Assembly: GCA_010093705.1 (NCBI GenBank)
Contig: MU006094.1
Coordinates: forward strand, 657,550 to 721,549
DNA: 64,000 nt
From: Patellaria atrata CBS 101060
Taxonomy: Eukaryota
Direction: 5' to 3'
The notes under the pieces are model-generated. The model saw only the letters and a program-made list of their open reading frames with translations. It ran no database searches and had not been told where the DNA came from. Position numbers and translations under genes: made by a program. Below are positions 1 to 12,187 of the stretch, piece by piece. Each line of letters opens with the position of its first letter. Within the stretch, counting starts at the first letter, position 1.

Positions 1-1
1 C

Positions 2-1549
2 ACAGCCCAGGTCGAGATTTCTACAACTGAAAGACGGAGTTCTGATGTGTCGGTACCACCGTCTTCAATGCCACCATCTCGGCCCCCCGAAGTTCAATTT
101 GAGTATTCAGCTGTTGCGGTGCAAGGGTTCCGCGAAGCCACCCTCAGAGAAGCACGTTCGCTATCAACAACCCGTTCTGATACTCCAAAGGTGGATCCTG
201 AGCTATCAGCATTGTCACCCTCACTTCCATCAGTTCAGTCCTCCAAGCCCCATCTCGGGGGTTCCCCTATCGCAGAGGAAGCTTTCCAGGGCCAGGCCTA
301 CATAGGATTCAGTTTGCCATCAAGTTTTGAGCTTGGAAAATCTACTCCTATAGAGAAAGCGATATCAGGATGTAAGACAGAGACGAGTTCCAGAAGGACC
401 TCCAGCCATACTATTGAACTGGTTGATGGTCCAGGTGAGATAAATATCGATTCCACGGAACCCTATTTATCATCAACAATCCAAGTTGAGGGTTCCACGA
501 TGGCAAATTCGGAACATGATGTACCGATATCGTTGCCATCATTTCCGCCAGTTTCAATCGCCACGGGCCACCCCGAGGTCTCTACCACGCCGGAGCTAGT
601 CTCGCAGGAACCACCCTCAACTGGACCCAGTTCATCCTCACTTCCGCCAGCCTCAATCACCATGAGCTACCCTGAGGGTTCTACTACGCCGGAATTAGTC
701 TCCCAGGAGCCACCCTCCGCCAGGCCCAGTTCGCCATCACTACCCGAACCAGGGGTTTTCGCTAACGAGCAGAAGGAACTAATATTAGATACAATTTCTA
801 GCAGCAGTCCTAGTCATGATACGGAGAAAGCTCCAGAACCAAAGGAGATATGGGTACACTTTACGGGGCCTGAATTGCCAAAACTTATCCCGTATGAGGG
901 TCTCACTACTGGAGAGCAATTAAAGGAGACATGGGTACACTTTACAGGACCCGAACTGCCAAACCTCGTTCGGTTCGAGGGTCTCACCGAGGCAGAGAAG
1001 ATATTGGATGTAACTATATGGGAGCGTCCGTCTCCCCCTCTTCGTCTTCCCTCCCCTCCGATCAACGGTCCCACAATACTGGAGCAGACTTCCCAGGAAA
1101 CCACAATCGCGGAACCTGATTCGATGTCAGCGGACCAGTTCGAGGTTTCCTCTACCACAAAGCCAAGTTTTGATATATCAAGCTTGTCACCCCCACCTGT
1201 CTGGCATGTTCTACCGGAGTCGCAGTTTGTGGTTTCCACCGCACAGGAGAAGGCGGAATCAGAACTTCAATACACAACTGCCAACTGCGATTCCAATGGT
1301 GATATGGAGCAATTCGAAGGTCAACCGAACCAAAAAATGCTAAAGGGAAAGTTAGTAGAGCATCATTCACCATCGATAACTCGGTTCGGCTTTCCATCGA
1401 AGAGTTTCGATATAATAATATCGGGGCCTTCGTTTCCTTCACTTCGTCTACCCTCAATCCCGTTTGGAATTTCCACTATCGCTGAGCAAGCTTCCAAAGG
1501 GACGGTAGAGCTTTTTTCGTCACCACCGTTCTCTCAGGTAAAGGAGTAA
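2..1549 (+). CDS. 5'-partial Ser/Pro/Glu-rich low-complexity protein with internal tandem repeats
   Basis: Frame is open from position 2 to TAA 1547-1549, so the start probably lies upstream of the window. Two near-tandem peptide repeats (HPEVSTTPELVSQEPPS x2, KExWVHFTGPELP x2). A possible terminal intron (gtaagt 1546 ... acag 1594) could alter the C-terminus. Confidence 0.6.
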   Translation, partial: TAQVEISTTERRSSDVSVPPSSMPPSRPPEVQFEYSAVAVQGFREATLREARSLSTTRSDTPKVDPELSALSPSLPSVQSSKPHLGGSPIAEEAFQGQAYIGFSLPSSFELGKSTPIEKAISGCKTETSSRRTSSHTIELVDGPGEINIDSTEPYLSSTIQVEGSTMANSEHDVPISLPSFPPVSIATGHPEVSTTPELVSQEPPSTGPSSSSLPPASITMSYPEGSTTPELVSQEPPSARPSSPSLPEPGVFANEQKELILDTISSSSPSHDTEKAPEPKEIWVHFTGPELPKLIPYEGLTTGEQLKETWVHFTGPELPNLVRFEGLTEAEKILDVTIWERPSPPLRLPSPPINGPTILEQTSQETTIAEPDSMSADQFEVSSTTKPSFDISSLSPPPVWHVLPESQFVVSTAQEKAESELQYTTANCDSNGDMEQFEGQPNQKMLKGKLVEHHSPSITRFGFPSKSFDIIISGPSFPSLRLPSIPFGISTIAEQASKGTVELFSSPPFSQVKE

Positions 1550-2756
1550 GTACTGAGTGAACCCACTCAACATAAATGCTCCTCTACATTACAGCCTTCA
1601 TGTTCACCTCGAAGTGATCCCGAGCGATCCAGATTGTTGTTTGAGAATGGAAAAAGACAGTCCATTTTGGATAATTGTAGCTAGTCTATTATTGGGTCAG
1701 AGTGCATGAAATAGCCAATACACAGTCTACCACTTTTAAATCTCACTATGGCTCAATCCCAACTTGAGAAATAAATTGCGTGTGTTCTTTTCTACTTGCT
1801 TTTACTTTACTCCATTATCATTTGAAGCACCGCGAACAAGCACGACAGTACCGAGTACACATATCCTACTTATTTTTGCGTAATTCAGGTGGTATAACGT
1901 AGTACATTTAGTGTAATTGTACAATTATCACGTATGATGGTGCTACTCGTCATTGTTGCTTCATCCGTTTCTTCATTTATATAGACCGTACTGGACGTCG
2001 CTTGTAACCTTACGTCCTACCGTTACCGTTAGAGCATCGGCAAGGACGGAAAGTTTCTCGATTAGTCAAGTCTTGGTAAAATCAAGGAACACGGTTGAAG
2101 CTGTGGCTGGTGATTGTGATGATTCTGATGATGACGAGGATTCCGTTGCCGATCGACGTTAATGAGGAGCGCTAGTCAAGGATCGGGAAAGCGGCTGTGG
2201 CAGATAATTTACAGTAACAAAATTGACCAATACAAGAATATCGGCTAAGGAATAGTAACTTGGCTAAGCGCGCTAAGCCACGGCCATGAGCATGGGGCAT
2301 CCCGTGTTTCCGCAAGATGGTCACAGCTTCAAGCCCACATGTGAATCGTCTCAATCTTGGATGATCTCATCGCATGTAGAGTGTGGCTTGGAACGGAACG
2401 TGTCGTCAATCTCAGGTTTCCGTTCGTACCTTCCAAGCAGGAACTTTCTTTATGCCAGGTCATGCCTTCCCAAAATCTTCACGTGGTAGCCAAAATTCAG
2501 ATGAAAAGGTACAAGCTAGGACTAATCAAGGTTTAGCATGTTTGCTGCCCTGGTTAAAGCTCTTCCAAGTACCAACGTCATCTCCTTCTCATCACCCATC
2601 CAACCCAATAAATTTCCATCCAACCGCATCTACCTTCTCGCCTCAATCGCTGACCTTTAATTCGCAACTTTTCTCCATACTAACATCGCAGTGAACCTTT
2701 TCTTCACCCAAGACCTCCAGGTTCGGATCAACCATAATAGAAAGAAGGACTTCAAA

Positions 2757-3606
2757 ATGGCAATCACGTTAGGTGGTGGCTTTCTCCGCCTATTCGCAAC
2801 TCTCCTCTATGCCCTGGAGTTTTGCTGCGCTGCCCTTATTCTAGGCATCTACTCCTACTTCCTTTCCATTCTCTCAGATCGGGATAGGCCCATCTCGTCA
2901 TGGAAGAAAGCGGTTACGGGCATGTCCGGCTCCGCATGTCTCTACCTCGTGTTTGCTATCCTCTTAACCTGCTTCCTCGGCGGCAAGTCCTTCTTCGCTC
3001 TCATTGGCATCATCCTCGACATCCTCTTCTGCGCCGCCTTCATCGCCATTGCTGTTCTCGCCCGTGATGGTGCAGACAACTGCTCCGGCAATGTAAAGAC
3101 GCCTCTCGGCAACGGACCTTCCAACAGACACTCCCCAGGGTACGGTGCCAACGGTTTCGGTTTCGGTGAGGGCGAGAATACCACTTATGAGCCAAACCTC
3201 GGCCTCGCATGCCGTCTTAACACTGTTGCTTTCGCAGTAGCCATTATCGGAGCGTAAGTTTATTTGCCACCATCCCTTTAATTGGGTTGAATACTAACAT
3301 ACAACCAGATTCCTCTTCTTCCTCTCCGCATTAACTCAAATCTGGCTCGCACGCCACCACAAGAAGGAGAAGCGCTACGGTCCATCTCCATCTAATAATT
3401 ACACTTCCGGCACCGGTAGACGCCGATTCTGGAACCGCCGCCGCGGCCCGAAGACCACTCGTGACGCTGAGATTGGTGCCGGTCACAAGGAGTACCGCCC
3501 AAGTCACGATACTGCCTACACTGGCTCTACTGTTGCCCCAGGCGCCGGTTACCACACTGGTCCCACTGGTACTCATACGCACCAACAAAGAACTGCGGCT
3601 TTCTAA
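2757..3606 (+). CDS. MARVEL/membrane-associating domain four-TM protein (exons 2757-3253, 3309-3606)
   Basis: ATG in caaaATGg context; hydrophobic helices; intron gtaagt 3254..cag 3308 with tactaac branch. Spliced frame gives ...HHKKEKRYGPSPSNNYTSG..., typical of this fungal family, ending at TAA 3604-3606. Confidence 0.8.
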
Positions 3607-4497
3607 ACGGATTGAATTAAATGATGGTTAATGGAACTGTAAGATAGGGAGAGACGGGCGTCGATTGGGCATTATTTCCTTTGTATTGAACAATATGCAT
3701 GATATCCACGAAAGCTCAGTGGGATTAGGAACGGAGAACGAAGAATTTGAAGAATGATGCTCGTTTTATGAGTATGAGCTCGTGGCAAATGTACTAGTAT
3801 AATTAAACGATATAATTTAATACAAACTTCGTAAGCTAATATATCCTTGCGTCATTTTTTCTCTTTATAACACAAATAAACCAAGACTATTTCTTTTCAA
3901 ATTGTTCGGTGATTACTTGTGAGTTCCTTCACTCGCCCCACCCTCTCCGGACCTTGACTATGTTAAAATATGTTCTTCTCTTCCATTAAATCCGCACCAT
4001 TGAGCTCTGTGCACCTTCGCTCTTTAACCTAACAGGTCCCGATTGCCCCGTACATTGCTTGGTTTCCGTACAGTTAAGGTAGGTGGTCCTGCTCCGTCCC
4101 TCGCGTCTCCTGTATTAGAACTAAGGTATACGGTATAGCTGGGACGGAAATGACGGGGAAATATTGGAGACATGCGGTACGATTTAGACAAACTTACAAT
4201 TAGAATACTACATCCTCTACACACTGCGCGTTTTTCACCGCGCAGTAAGTGAAGTCGGAGAACAGGTAGGGTAAAATATAGGTTCCCTACGAGTACGAAC
4301 AGTTCGATGTGCCGGTATCACTTATACCTGTCTCGGTGTAATATACGTATATCACGTCTACGGTAGTAGCGAAACCGGGCGGTCGTTGAGCGAACTCACA
4401 CACATACACCACCGCCGCGCCCCGTATCTCTCCACTTCAACCTCCACCACACGCACATCATACCCCCCATACTTCCCCCAACCACTCAACCCCCCCC

Positions 4498-7019
4498 CTA
4501 CGCAACGACACTACTCCTCCTCCCATCCCCCGCAACCCCAGCATCAAACTGATAAAGCGGGCGGATACTCTCGCCCTTCCTCATAAGCACCCAGCGCCTA
4601 AACCACCACGGCAGAACCTCTCGCGTCTGATACCTGACAAACCTGGCCGTCGGGACAGCGAAGACGTAGTCGAGCTCCTCGAGCGTGCGCTGTTTCGTCT
4701 CCGGGACCCAGAGGTAGATCATCGCGAAGGCTGTGATGTTAAGGGCGCTGTCCGATATCAAAGGTGTTAGTAATTAGTAATTTATATTTGTGTACTGGAA
4801 GGGCGGGCATTCTGGGGTTGGAGGGGGAAATTGGGTGCTTAATTTTGTGAGAGAATGGGGGACATACGCGTAAAACCCAAACGTGCCGGTGGGCGTGAAG
4901 GCGGCGAGGATGCGCGGGAAGGAGATGGAGAGGACGGCGGCCCAGAAGAGACAGGTTGCTACTGCCCATCCCATTCCGACTTCTCTATGGGAGAGGGGAA
5001 ATACTTCTGCGGAATATGTGAAGGGGACCGGTCCTGGTGAACATTTGTGTTAGCCCAAACGCCTACCAGCACTCCGGGGGAAAAAAAAAAAGAGGGGGGG
5101 GGGAGGTTCCCCTTCCCCATCCAAAGAAAAAAAAAAGAAAAAAGCATATTTCAGCTTTGACATACCTTCTCCAGGTGAATAAAATGCAGCGAACAAGTAG
5201 ATGAAGAGTGCCACAAGCGCTAGATGCGCCTTGTTACTCTCTGGAATTAGGAAGCACAGCCCCGCAGCAAGTAGAGTCCAGGCCATATTCGGGAAGGTGA
5301 AGAGGAGTAGACTACGTCGACCGAAGGTATCGATAGTCCATATGGCGGGCCAGGCAAAGACGAAGTTGACTAGACCGAAGCCTACCGTGGAGACCAGGGC
5401 CCCGGATGTGCTGGCGCCGGCGCGGACGAAGACGGTTGAGGAGTAGAAAGCGATGATGTTGATGCCTGTTCAGTTGCATTAGAGGGTCTCTGTCTTTTCT
5501 TTTCGAGGGAGGAGGGGAGAGGGGAAAACGGTTCGGAGAGAGCAACTTACCGCACATCTGCTGCGCGATCATGACGACAAAGGAAGCGACGGTGGCTCTT
5601 CTGACTCGGGGGATGGTGAACAGTTGGATGAATCGAGTGACATAATTACTCTTGCCCACAATTGAGGCCTCAACCTGAAGTTGCGCGTGGATATAGTACA
5701 AATCCCGAGCTGCTTGAATGGGATGAAACCGGAGGCGTAAGAGGGACTCGTACGCTTTTCTATACCGGTTCTTCTTCATCAACCAACGAGGAGATTCTGT
5801 GCATATTAGCCGCAGCTCTTTTTAGGGAGATGTGATACACACCAGGACAGAAGTAGATTCCAATCACGAGGGGGATAGCTGGTATGAAAGCTGATCCGAT
5901 TTGCAGTCGCCAAGCTATCTTGCCCGCTTTGTAGACGGCAAGATTGGCACAGCAGCCTAGGAAAATACCGAATGCGGTCCACATCTGCCAGCTCATAACT
6001 AGGGCCCCACGGATTCTTGCTGGCGCGTTTTCAGCCGCGAAAATAGGGACAGTCGCGCCTGCATAAGGTGAGACGGGTCGGTATATGGGGAAACCCAGTT
6101 GTACAGCACTCGGGGATAGCATTAATACACGTTACCTTTCAAACCCATTCCAATACCGAGAATAATCCTAGTGATGAATAACTGAGGCCAAGTCTGCGTG
6201 AAGGCACCACCGATAGGGGTTAAAAAGCAAATGGCAGCGGCAGTAAAGATAGTTCCGCGGCGACCAATGTAATAGTTCATAGGATCTGAGAGCCAGCAAC
6301 CACTATATAAGTATTAGTATCGGTTGTTAATACCAGTAATACGCTCTATAAACTTACATGAATGCGGAGCCGATATAAGGAGCGGAATTAACCAAACCCA
6401 CAAGCCAGTTATCGCGGTCTTGATTCGGATCACCATCTACATCTCCTTTTCCAATACCAAACTCTCTCGGGAAGGAGAGATTGGCACCGTTAGAGCCGGT
6501 CTGATCCCAGCCCCTGAAATGATTAGCTTGAGACGTACTGTAACGGTAGAAATTGACCTTACTGTACTGCCGCTCCGATTGAACAAACAACGATGGTAAG
6601 ATACATAGCTAATGGATGGCTCCATCTATGGTTTCTCTCTTTGATCAAACCCGCCAATTCGACCTCGTCGAGGGCTTCTACTTCTTCGAATTTAGATGGG
6701 TCTTGCGCAACTCGAGCCCCCTTGGTGATAAGGTCTTTCATGTTCATTAAATCCTTCTCTCGGCAAAATTCTTCGACATCAGATATAAGAACATCGAGAG
6801 GAATATCCGTAAGAGGATTCGAAATTCTATGAACAGTTTAGCCTTCTATTTGAAAAATTCCAAGACTTGAGGTAATCCTGACTTAGCATCTAAGTTTTTG
6901 TTCAAATTGATCGAGAGGAGCGAACTTTTACGACCAGTCTCAATCTTATCATACTCAGGGCCTGTAGAAGGCTGTAAAGACTCTTCATGTACGATCCCTT
7001 TTTCGGTTTGTGAAGCCAT
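4498..7019 (-). CDS. MFS sugar/polyol:H+ symporter (sugar porter family), about 8 introns
   Basis: Motifs across spliced exons: [96 protein letters not shown]. Introns at approximately 6827-6882, 6514-6562, 6304-6357, 6059-6134, 5797-5841, 5466-5549, 5034-5165 and 4748-4866. Confidence 0.92.
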
Positions 7020-8946
7020 GACGGCTATGAGTTAGGTATGACCCCTGGTAATGGGTGCTCTTTGCTTCCTAGACCGGTATATGCTATTGTACCGCTTATT
7101 TTACAGACTTGTAAGGCTATTTCAACCCTTATTATCCTTGCGTAGAGTAGTGTTACAGCCAAGGAGGGAAAATCAAAGGAAGAGCGTACAGAACGATAGG
7201 GTAAATTCGATCAGGTATCGGGCGTACAAGTGGAAGCGATCCGTACAGTAATAAAAATTGACCAAGATTACGGAGATTATTCACGTTGTACAAAGGTTAC
7301 GAAGAATAGAGGTTAGAGGAACAATAGAATGACTTAGGGTGTGACAGAAGGTTAGCAAACCAAAGTTTCTACCTGCTTTTCGGGGGCTTGCTACCTCTTA
7401 TGTATGCTCCAGAAGCTACACTGCACGTTCAAGATGCGGGGATTGTGGGCGACAATAGTAGCTAAGGTAGGGTCGCATGTTCCTCATCTTGCAGAAGTCC
7501 ACTTGTTTGGTGTGAAGGATTATGATTCAGCCCAGCTTATTGCTGGGTTACAACCTTGCGTCTTTCAAGATGAACAAATGGCTATCCCTCCGAGTGTTGA
7601 AGGTGTAGGCTAGACTTGCAGGGGAATTGAGGATATTTTCAAAATTCATTGGGCTATCTGGAACGCTGATCACTGAGATGACGACGAAGAGATCACATGA
7701 GTACAAAGTCTGAAGCATGAGATATCGTAAAATTGATTCCAGAGGACTAGGGAGACTAGAACAATGGTTTTCAAAAGATGGATGAACAGTGAGTGAAACT
7801 GTACTTCACCTGCAAATAAGCATCAATGCTAAAGCTTGACATTGCTTGTCGTGGCTTGGGATCCTTGTCCGAGGCTTCTTCCTATGATGCACTTTGATCC
7901 CAATCAAGACTACTGACGAAGACACTCAAGATAATCTCTCGCCGATCTGTTCGTCTATACTTAATACTATAGATGAAGGTTGGTACAGTATCTAGAACCT
8001 TCCAGTTGCCGACAAAATAATACATTCAATACTGGCGTTAGTATGAACGACTCATGCCCACGAAGTTGTGACGACTGTCACCTGTCGATCTTTCTACTTT
8101 CCTATGTTTGGCGGGTTTGCTTATGTTTGGCTTGATTGTATTGTTAGGAAATTCCGTCAGCCGATGAGGCTACTCAAGCTTGTGACCGTCACCCATAACT
8201 CTCTCTTTTCCTCAACTTAATCTCTTTACTCAGTAGTAGTTATATGTAGCCAATATCAACAGATTAGCTCTTAGCACTACAGGTGTCACAGAAGTAAGTT
8301 TCCATTTTGACATGTGTTACGCGATGATAGATTCTGTCAGAACTGTACGGAGTAAGCTTGGGAGAATATTGGGGTTTGAACGCCAGGGGGCCTATTCTGT
8401 TAAGAAGGTATTAACCGTATTATTGTACCGTCCAGTGATAAGAAGTGTTCTTCACTGCCCTCTGAATCTCATATCTGCTGCAATTGGCGTCGAACTTCAT
8501 ACACGGACCTCATGTACGTTCGGCATCACAGTGAACACGTGAGGTCCAGTATTAGGAACGCTAAGTTGGCCTTAAACCTCTCAAAAATAGCCGTTCCAGT
8601 ATCCCTTATTGACACTGGAAGTCGCTGTAAGCCATCAAACATCGATCTCGGGTATATCTTGCGGGGTAAACTTGAGCTAGAATGGAGCAATCGTCTGTGG
8701 GGAGCTAAAAGGTACTTATACCTTAACTCCTCTGGCACAATATCTCATGTTGATCGGCATTCTTGAAAAGCTTTTCAAGGTCTCTTGACAGTTCTATGAT
8801 ATGGAAACTAATTAGCGGAGATGAGGTATGGTAATATCAAACAAAGGTTGCATCATTCCTCAGTGGCGAAAGGGTTCGGGCAAGATCCCATTTTCGAACA
8901 TTCTATGTGCCAGTTCGTATCGTAGAGTATGTATCTGCATGCTGCT

Positions 8947-9386
8947 CCGTACGGCTTGGATACGGCTCCAATTGAGCGATCCGTATGCTCTAGGAGAGTG
9001 TCAACTGAGCGATCTGTTGGCTCACGTGCGGCTCGGATCCGTCGGATCGGCTCAAATATGGCCTCAAGGAGAGGTCCGTACGGCTCAGATACGGCCACAA
9101 ATACCGCCCACCTACGGTTTCAACTGACCCCTCAGATATATCCACAGAGGGGTGTTCTGTACGGCTCAGCTACGATTCAGCTACGCTCTCAATTGGTGGC
9201 CCCGTACAGCTTAGATATGGCTCTGGGTGTAGTCACAAAGAAGGAAGCCGAACGATTCGAGGGAACCGTAACGCGTACCAGAGATATCTCTTTGTAACAG
9301 CTTGCTCTACTCCGCTCGTGTCCGTTGACGAATAGATCGCTCAGTTGAAGGGAGGATGTATCCCGTATGTGAACACGTACGGATAA
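8947..9386. repeat. Cluster of ~21-bp degenerate direct repeats (CCGTACGGCTyAGATACGGC) plus a 15-bp inverted repeat
   Basis: Copies at 8947-8967, 9076-9096, 9157-9177 and 9202-9222. TCAACTGAGCGATCT at 9001-9015 has its exact reverse complement at 9334-9348. Confidence 0.75.
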
Positions 9387-9615
9387 CTACTTTTGGGATA
9401 GTCCGTGCACGATTTTACTGTATCTGAACGACTTCCCTGCTCAATTCTAGTTGAACAGTTATACTTCATGGTGTACCCTAGACCTTACTCATACACTTGA
9501 AATAGATGCTCAAACTTATTATCCCATCCATGAATACCTAGAATACACCGACTCATCGGAGTCCTTAGACCTCCACCTTAAACCTCAACCTCAAACCTCA
9601 CAAACGTATCCAACC

Positions 9616-10038
9616 ATGCCCACCATCCCCCTCCACCCACGCCCCTCCCTCCCCGTCAACGCCCCCTCCAACCATCTTCCCCCCCTCCTCCAAACCCCCA
9701 CCGGCCTCGCAATAATCGAAATCCAAGGAACAATCAAAGCCTCCACCTCCTCCTCCACCCTCCCCTACACGCCCATCGGCAAACTCATATTCCCGGACTA
9801 CTCCTCGCACAACCCCCCCTCAGACACAACATGGATGAAGCGCGTCTACCTCTTCGTGGGCCAGCATCAAAAATTGACGGGAGAGGTCAAGGCGCTGCCG
9901 AAACCGCTCGCCGTCGTCAGGAAACGGGTTGTGTGTGAACGGGGGGATCTTGTTGAGGGGGAGGAGTTGGAAGTTGTGGAGGTTGTGAGGTTTAAGATTG
10001 TGTTTAGCCAGAGGCCGGAGCCGGTGGGGAATGCATGA
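9616..10038 (+). CDS. CTF8: Chromosome transmission fidelity protein 8 (Ctf18-RFC subunit)
   Basis: LLQTPTGLAIIEIQG, KRVYLFVGQHQKLTGEVKALPKPLAV and C-terminal KIVFSQRPEPV match Ctf8; ATG in caaccATG context. Confidence 0.88.
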   Translation: MPTIPLHPRPSLPVNAPSNHLPPLLQTPTGLAIIEIQGTIKASTSSSTLPYTPIGKLIFPDYSSHNPPSDTTWMKRVYLFVGQHQKLTGEVKALPKPLAVVRKRVVCERGDLVEGEELEVVEVVRFKIVFSQRPEPVGNA

Positions 10039-10816
10039 GGGTTTAGGGGGTGGGTCTTAGGGTGTGAGAAGGGGTTGAGACAGGTGTCAGGCTTGAGCAT
10101 GCTTAAGGGACGGTGAAAAGAAAATTCCTTTACTTGACCTATAAGCGATATGTACGGATCTAAAGCAATAGTTGACTGTTTACAAGGGCAAGAAAATGAG
10201 TACTACCTCAAGCTTTCTAGTACCGTAGGGCTTGAGTTGACACTCATTTGCATTCTTTCTGTAAATAGCGAACCATTGCTTCGAGGCTTGCGAGATACAG
10301 GGAGTTAAAAATAAAGGTAAGTCCTCATAAACTCTATCGGTTTTCCTTTTTTTCTTGCTGACAAGGTAGATTTATACCGTACCGGTAGACTTATTTCCTC
10401 TGAGGTTGTTGAGCCACGAATGTTCGAAAGGTCGGGATATCTTCTGAGAAAGAGCGGAGAGTGCTTTAGACAGATGAAGACATTTCCGAATATTGATAGT
10501 TAGTGACCAGAATGGACTCTTTTAAATCATGAGCCACACATGTCTCTTCTCCCTTGTGGTTTGAAAGGGCGATAAATAGATCGACAAGATCAGATAACCT
10601 GAGATATCAAGAGATGAAGCTTGTCACACACGTATGAGTATCATAATTAAACGTGTAACATCGTCGTATTGCTTGACTATGCTACGCCGTCTTCCCTCCT
10701 GACAACTATTTGAACCGCAAAGCTATGCATTTCTGCTCCAGTAGATTGTGATACAACCGTTTTCCTCCCAACTATCATCCCCAGACAGCTAAGCTCACCA
10801 TTCTCGCATTACTTGT

Positions 10817-11653
10817 CTACTTCCTCAACGAAGACGCTCTCCTCTTCCTGGCCTCAGTATGGGCGCTCTTGGCCTCAGCAACACGTTGATGAAGGATCTT
10901 GGCATACTCGTTCTATCATTCTATTAGCATAATCTCATACATATCATTAGAATTGAACTTACAGCCGCATCTTTGGAAGCTTCCGCTCGGCGGCGCTTGA
11001 GTGCGATTCTATGACGCTTGTGTTGAAGGCGTTGAGGAGTAACAAGACGCTGAATGCGAGGAGCTTTGGTATACGGCTTCGCACCCTCCTTCTTGGGCTG
11101 GACCTCACGACGGATGACGAACTTGCGAACCTAAAAACAAATGGCACATCAGACTCGATTCAAAGAACCGGCGAAGATTGAAGAGGAGAAAGCCTACATC
11201 ATCTTCCTTGCTGAGACCGAAGAACCTCCTGATCTTGGTAGCCCTCTTGGGACCGAGGCGCTTGGGTGCGACGGTATCGGTAACACCTGGGATATCGTTG
11301 TCGCCTTGCTTCACGATGGAGAGGGCGAGGACGGACAGATCCATGGCGACGATGCAGCCACGAACACTCTTCCTCTTACGCTCACCAGTGCGGCGAGGAC
11401 GGTAGCAAGAGTGTCCTTGGGAGAGCAGGAGTTGGACACGAGTTGGATGCATCACACCTTGCTTCATTGGAAAGCCCTGCTTGTCGTTGCCGCCAGTGAT
11501 TTTGAAGATGTAGCCCTTGAATTCATCGCCGACGCTGTCGCCAGGAACCTCGTGTCCCATACGGCGGTCCATGAAGACGCGCAGCTTCCTATCATCTTCG
11601 ATTTCGATGAGCTTCTGAGTGCCATTGGCCGGGTACGAGATATTCAGCTTCAT
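10817..11653 (-). CDS. RPS6: 40S ribosomal protein S6 (eS6); introns 11131-11197 and 10913-10962
   Basis: [17 protein letters not shown]..., [27 protein letters not shown]-terminal RRASSLRK*. Confidence 0.98.
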
Positions 11654-12187
11654 CTTGACGGTGCTGACTGGTGTTGTGTTGTCGTTGTCCGGCCGTTCGA
11701 CGTTTTCGAGTTTCTGAAAGTCCGCTTTCGATTTTCCTGCTGGTGTTGTTGTTGTGTGCGGCGCTAGTTCAATTACGGTAAGCGTATCGGCTCAACGACG
11801 AAAGCACGGACTTCGATATTTAAGCGATTCTCATCTCTTTGTCGACTTCCTGTGAACAGTCAACAGTCAACTACCATTACCGAGGTAAACTGATATTCAT
11901 CATTTCCGAATATAGACCGGCCTTGCGGCTGCAACTGTGTGCGGTACTGATCAACTCAAAGTCTTCTCAAAGCTGATCTCAAAAGCTTTAGAATTGTCCG
12001 ATTTTAGTATCAAAAGATACATGGAACACAAAGTCATCGAATAGACCGTGGAGAATTTACACCTTACAGTCATTACTATTATGATTCAATCCACAGCATA
12101 GGATCATCGTCAACCCTTGGATTCTACGAGGAATACCGCATCGCAAGAAGATCATCCAACCCTAACTGATTCTACTCTTCACGCATA

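Noticed and set aside
8828..9297. ORFs of 81-122 aa over the repeat cluster
   Set aside because: Repeated PYG/PYS peptides simply reflect the DNA repeats; no coding bias or family motifs. Not a CRISPR array either, since spacing is irregular and the context is eukaryotic.
11141..11767. 208-aa ORF antisense to RPS6
   Set aside because: Mirror-frame ORF expected from strong codon bias in a highly expressed gene; it also runs across an intron and has no recognisable motifs.
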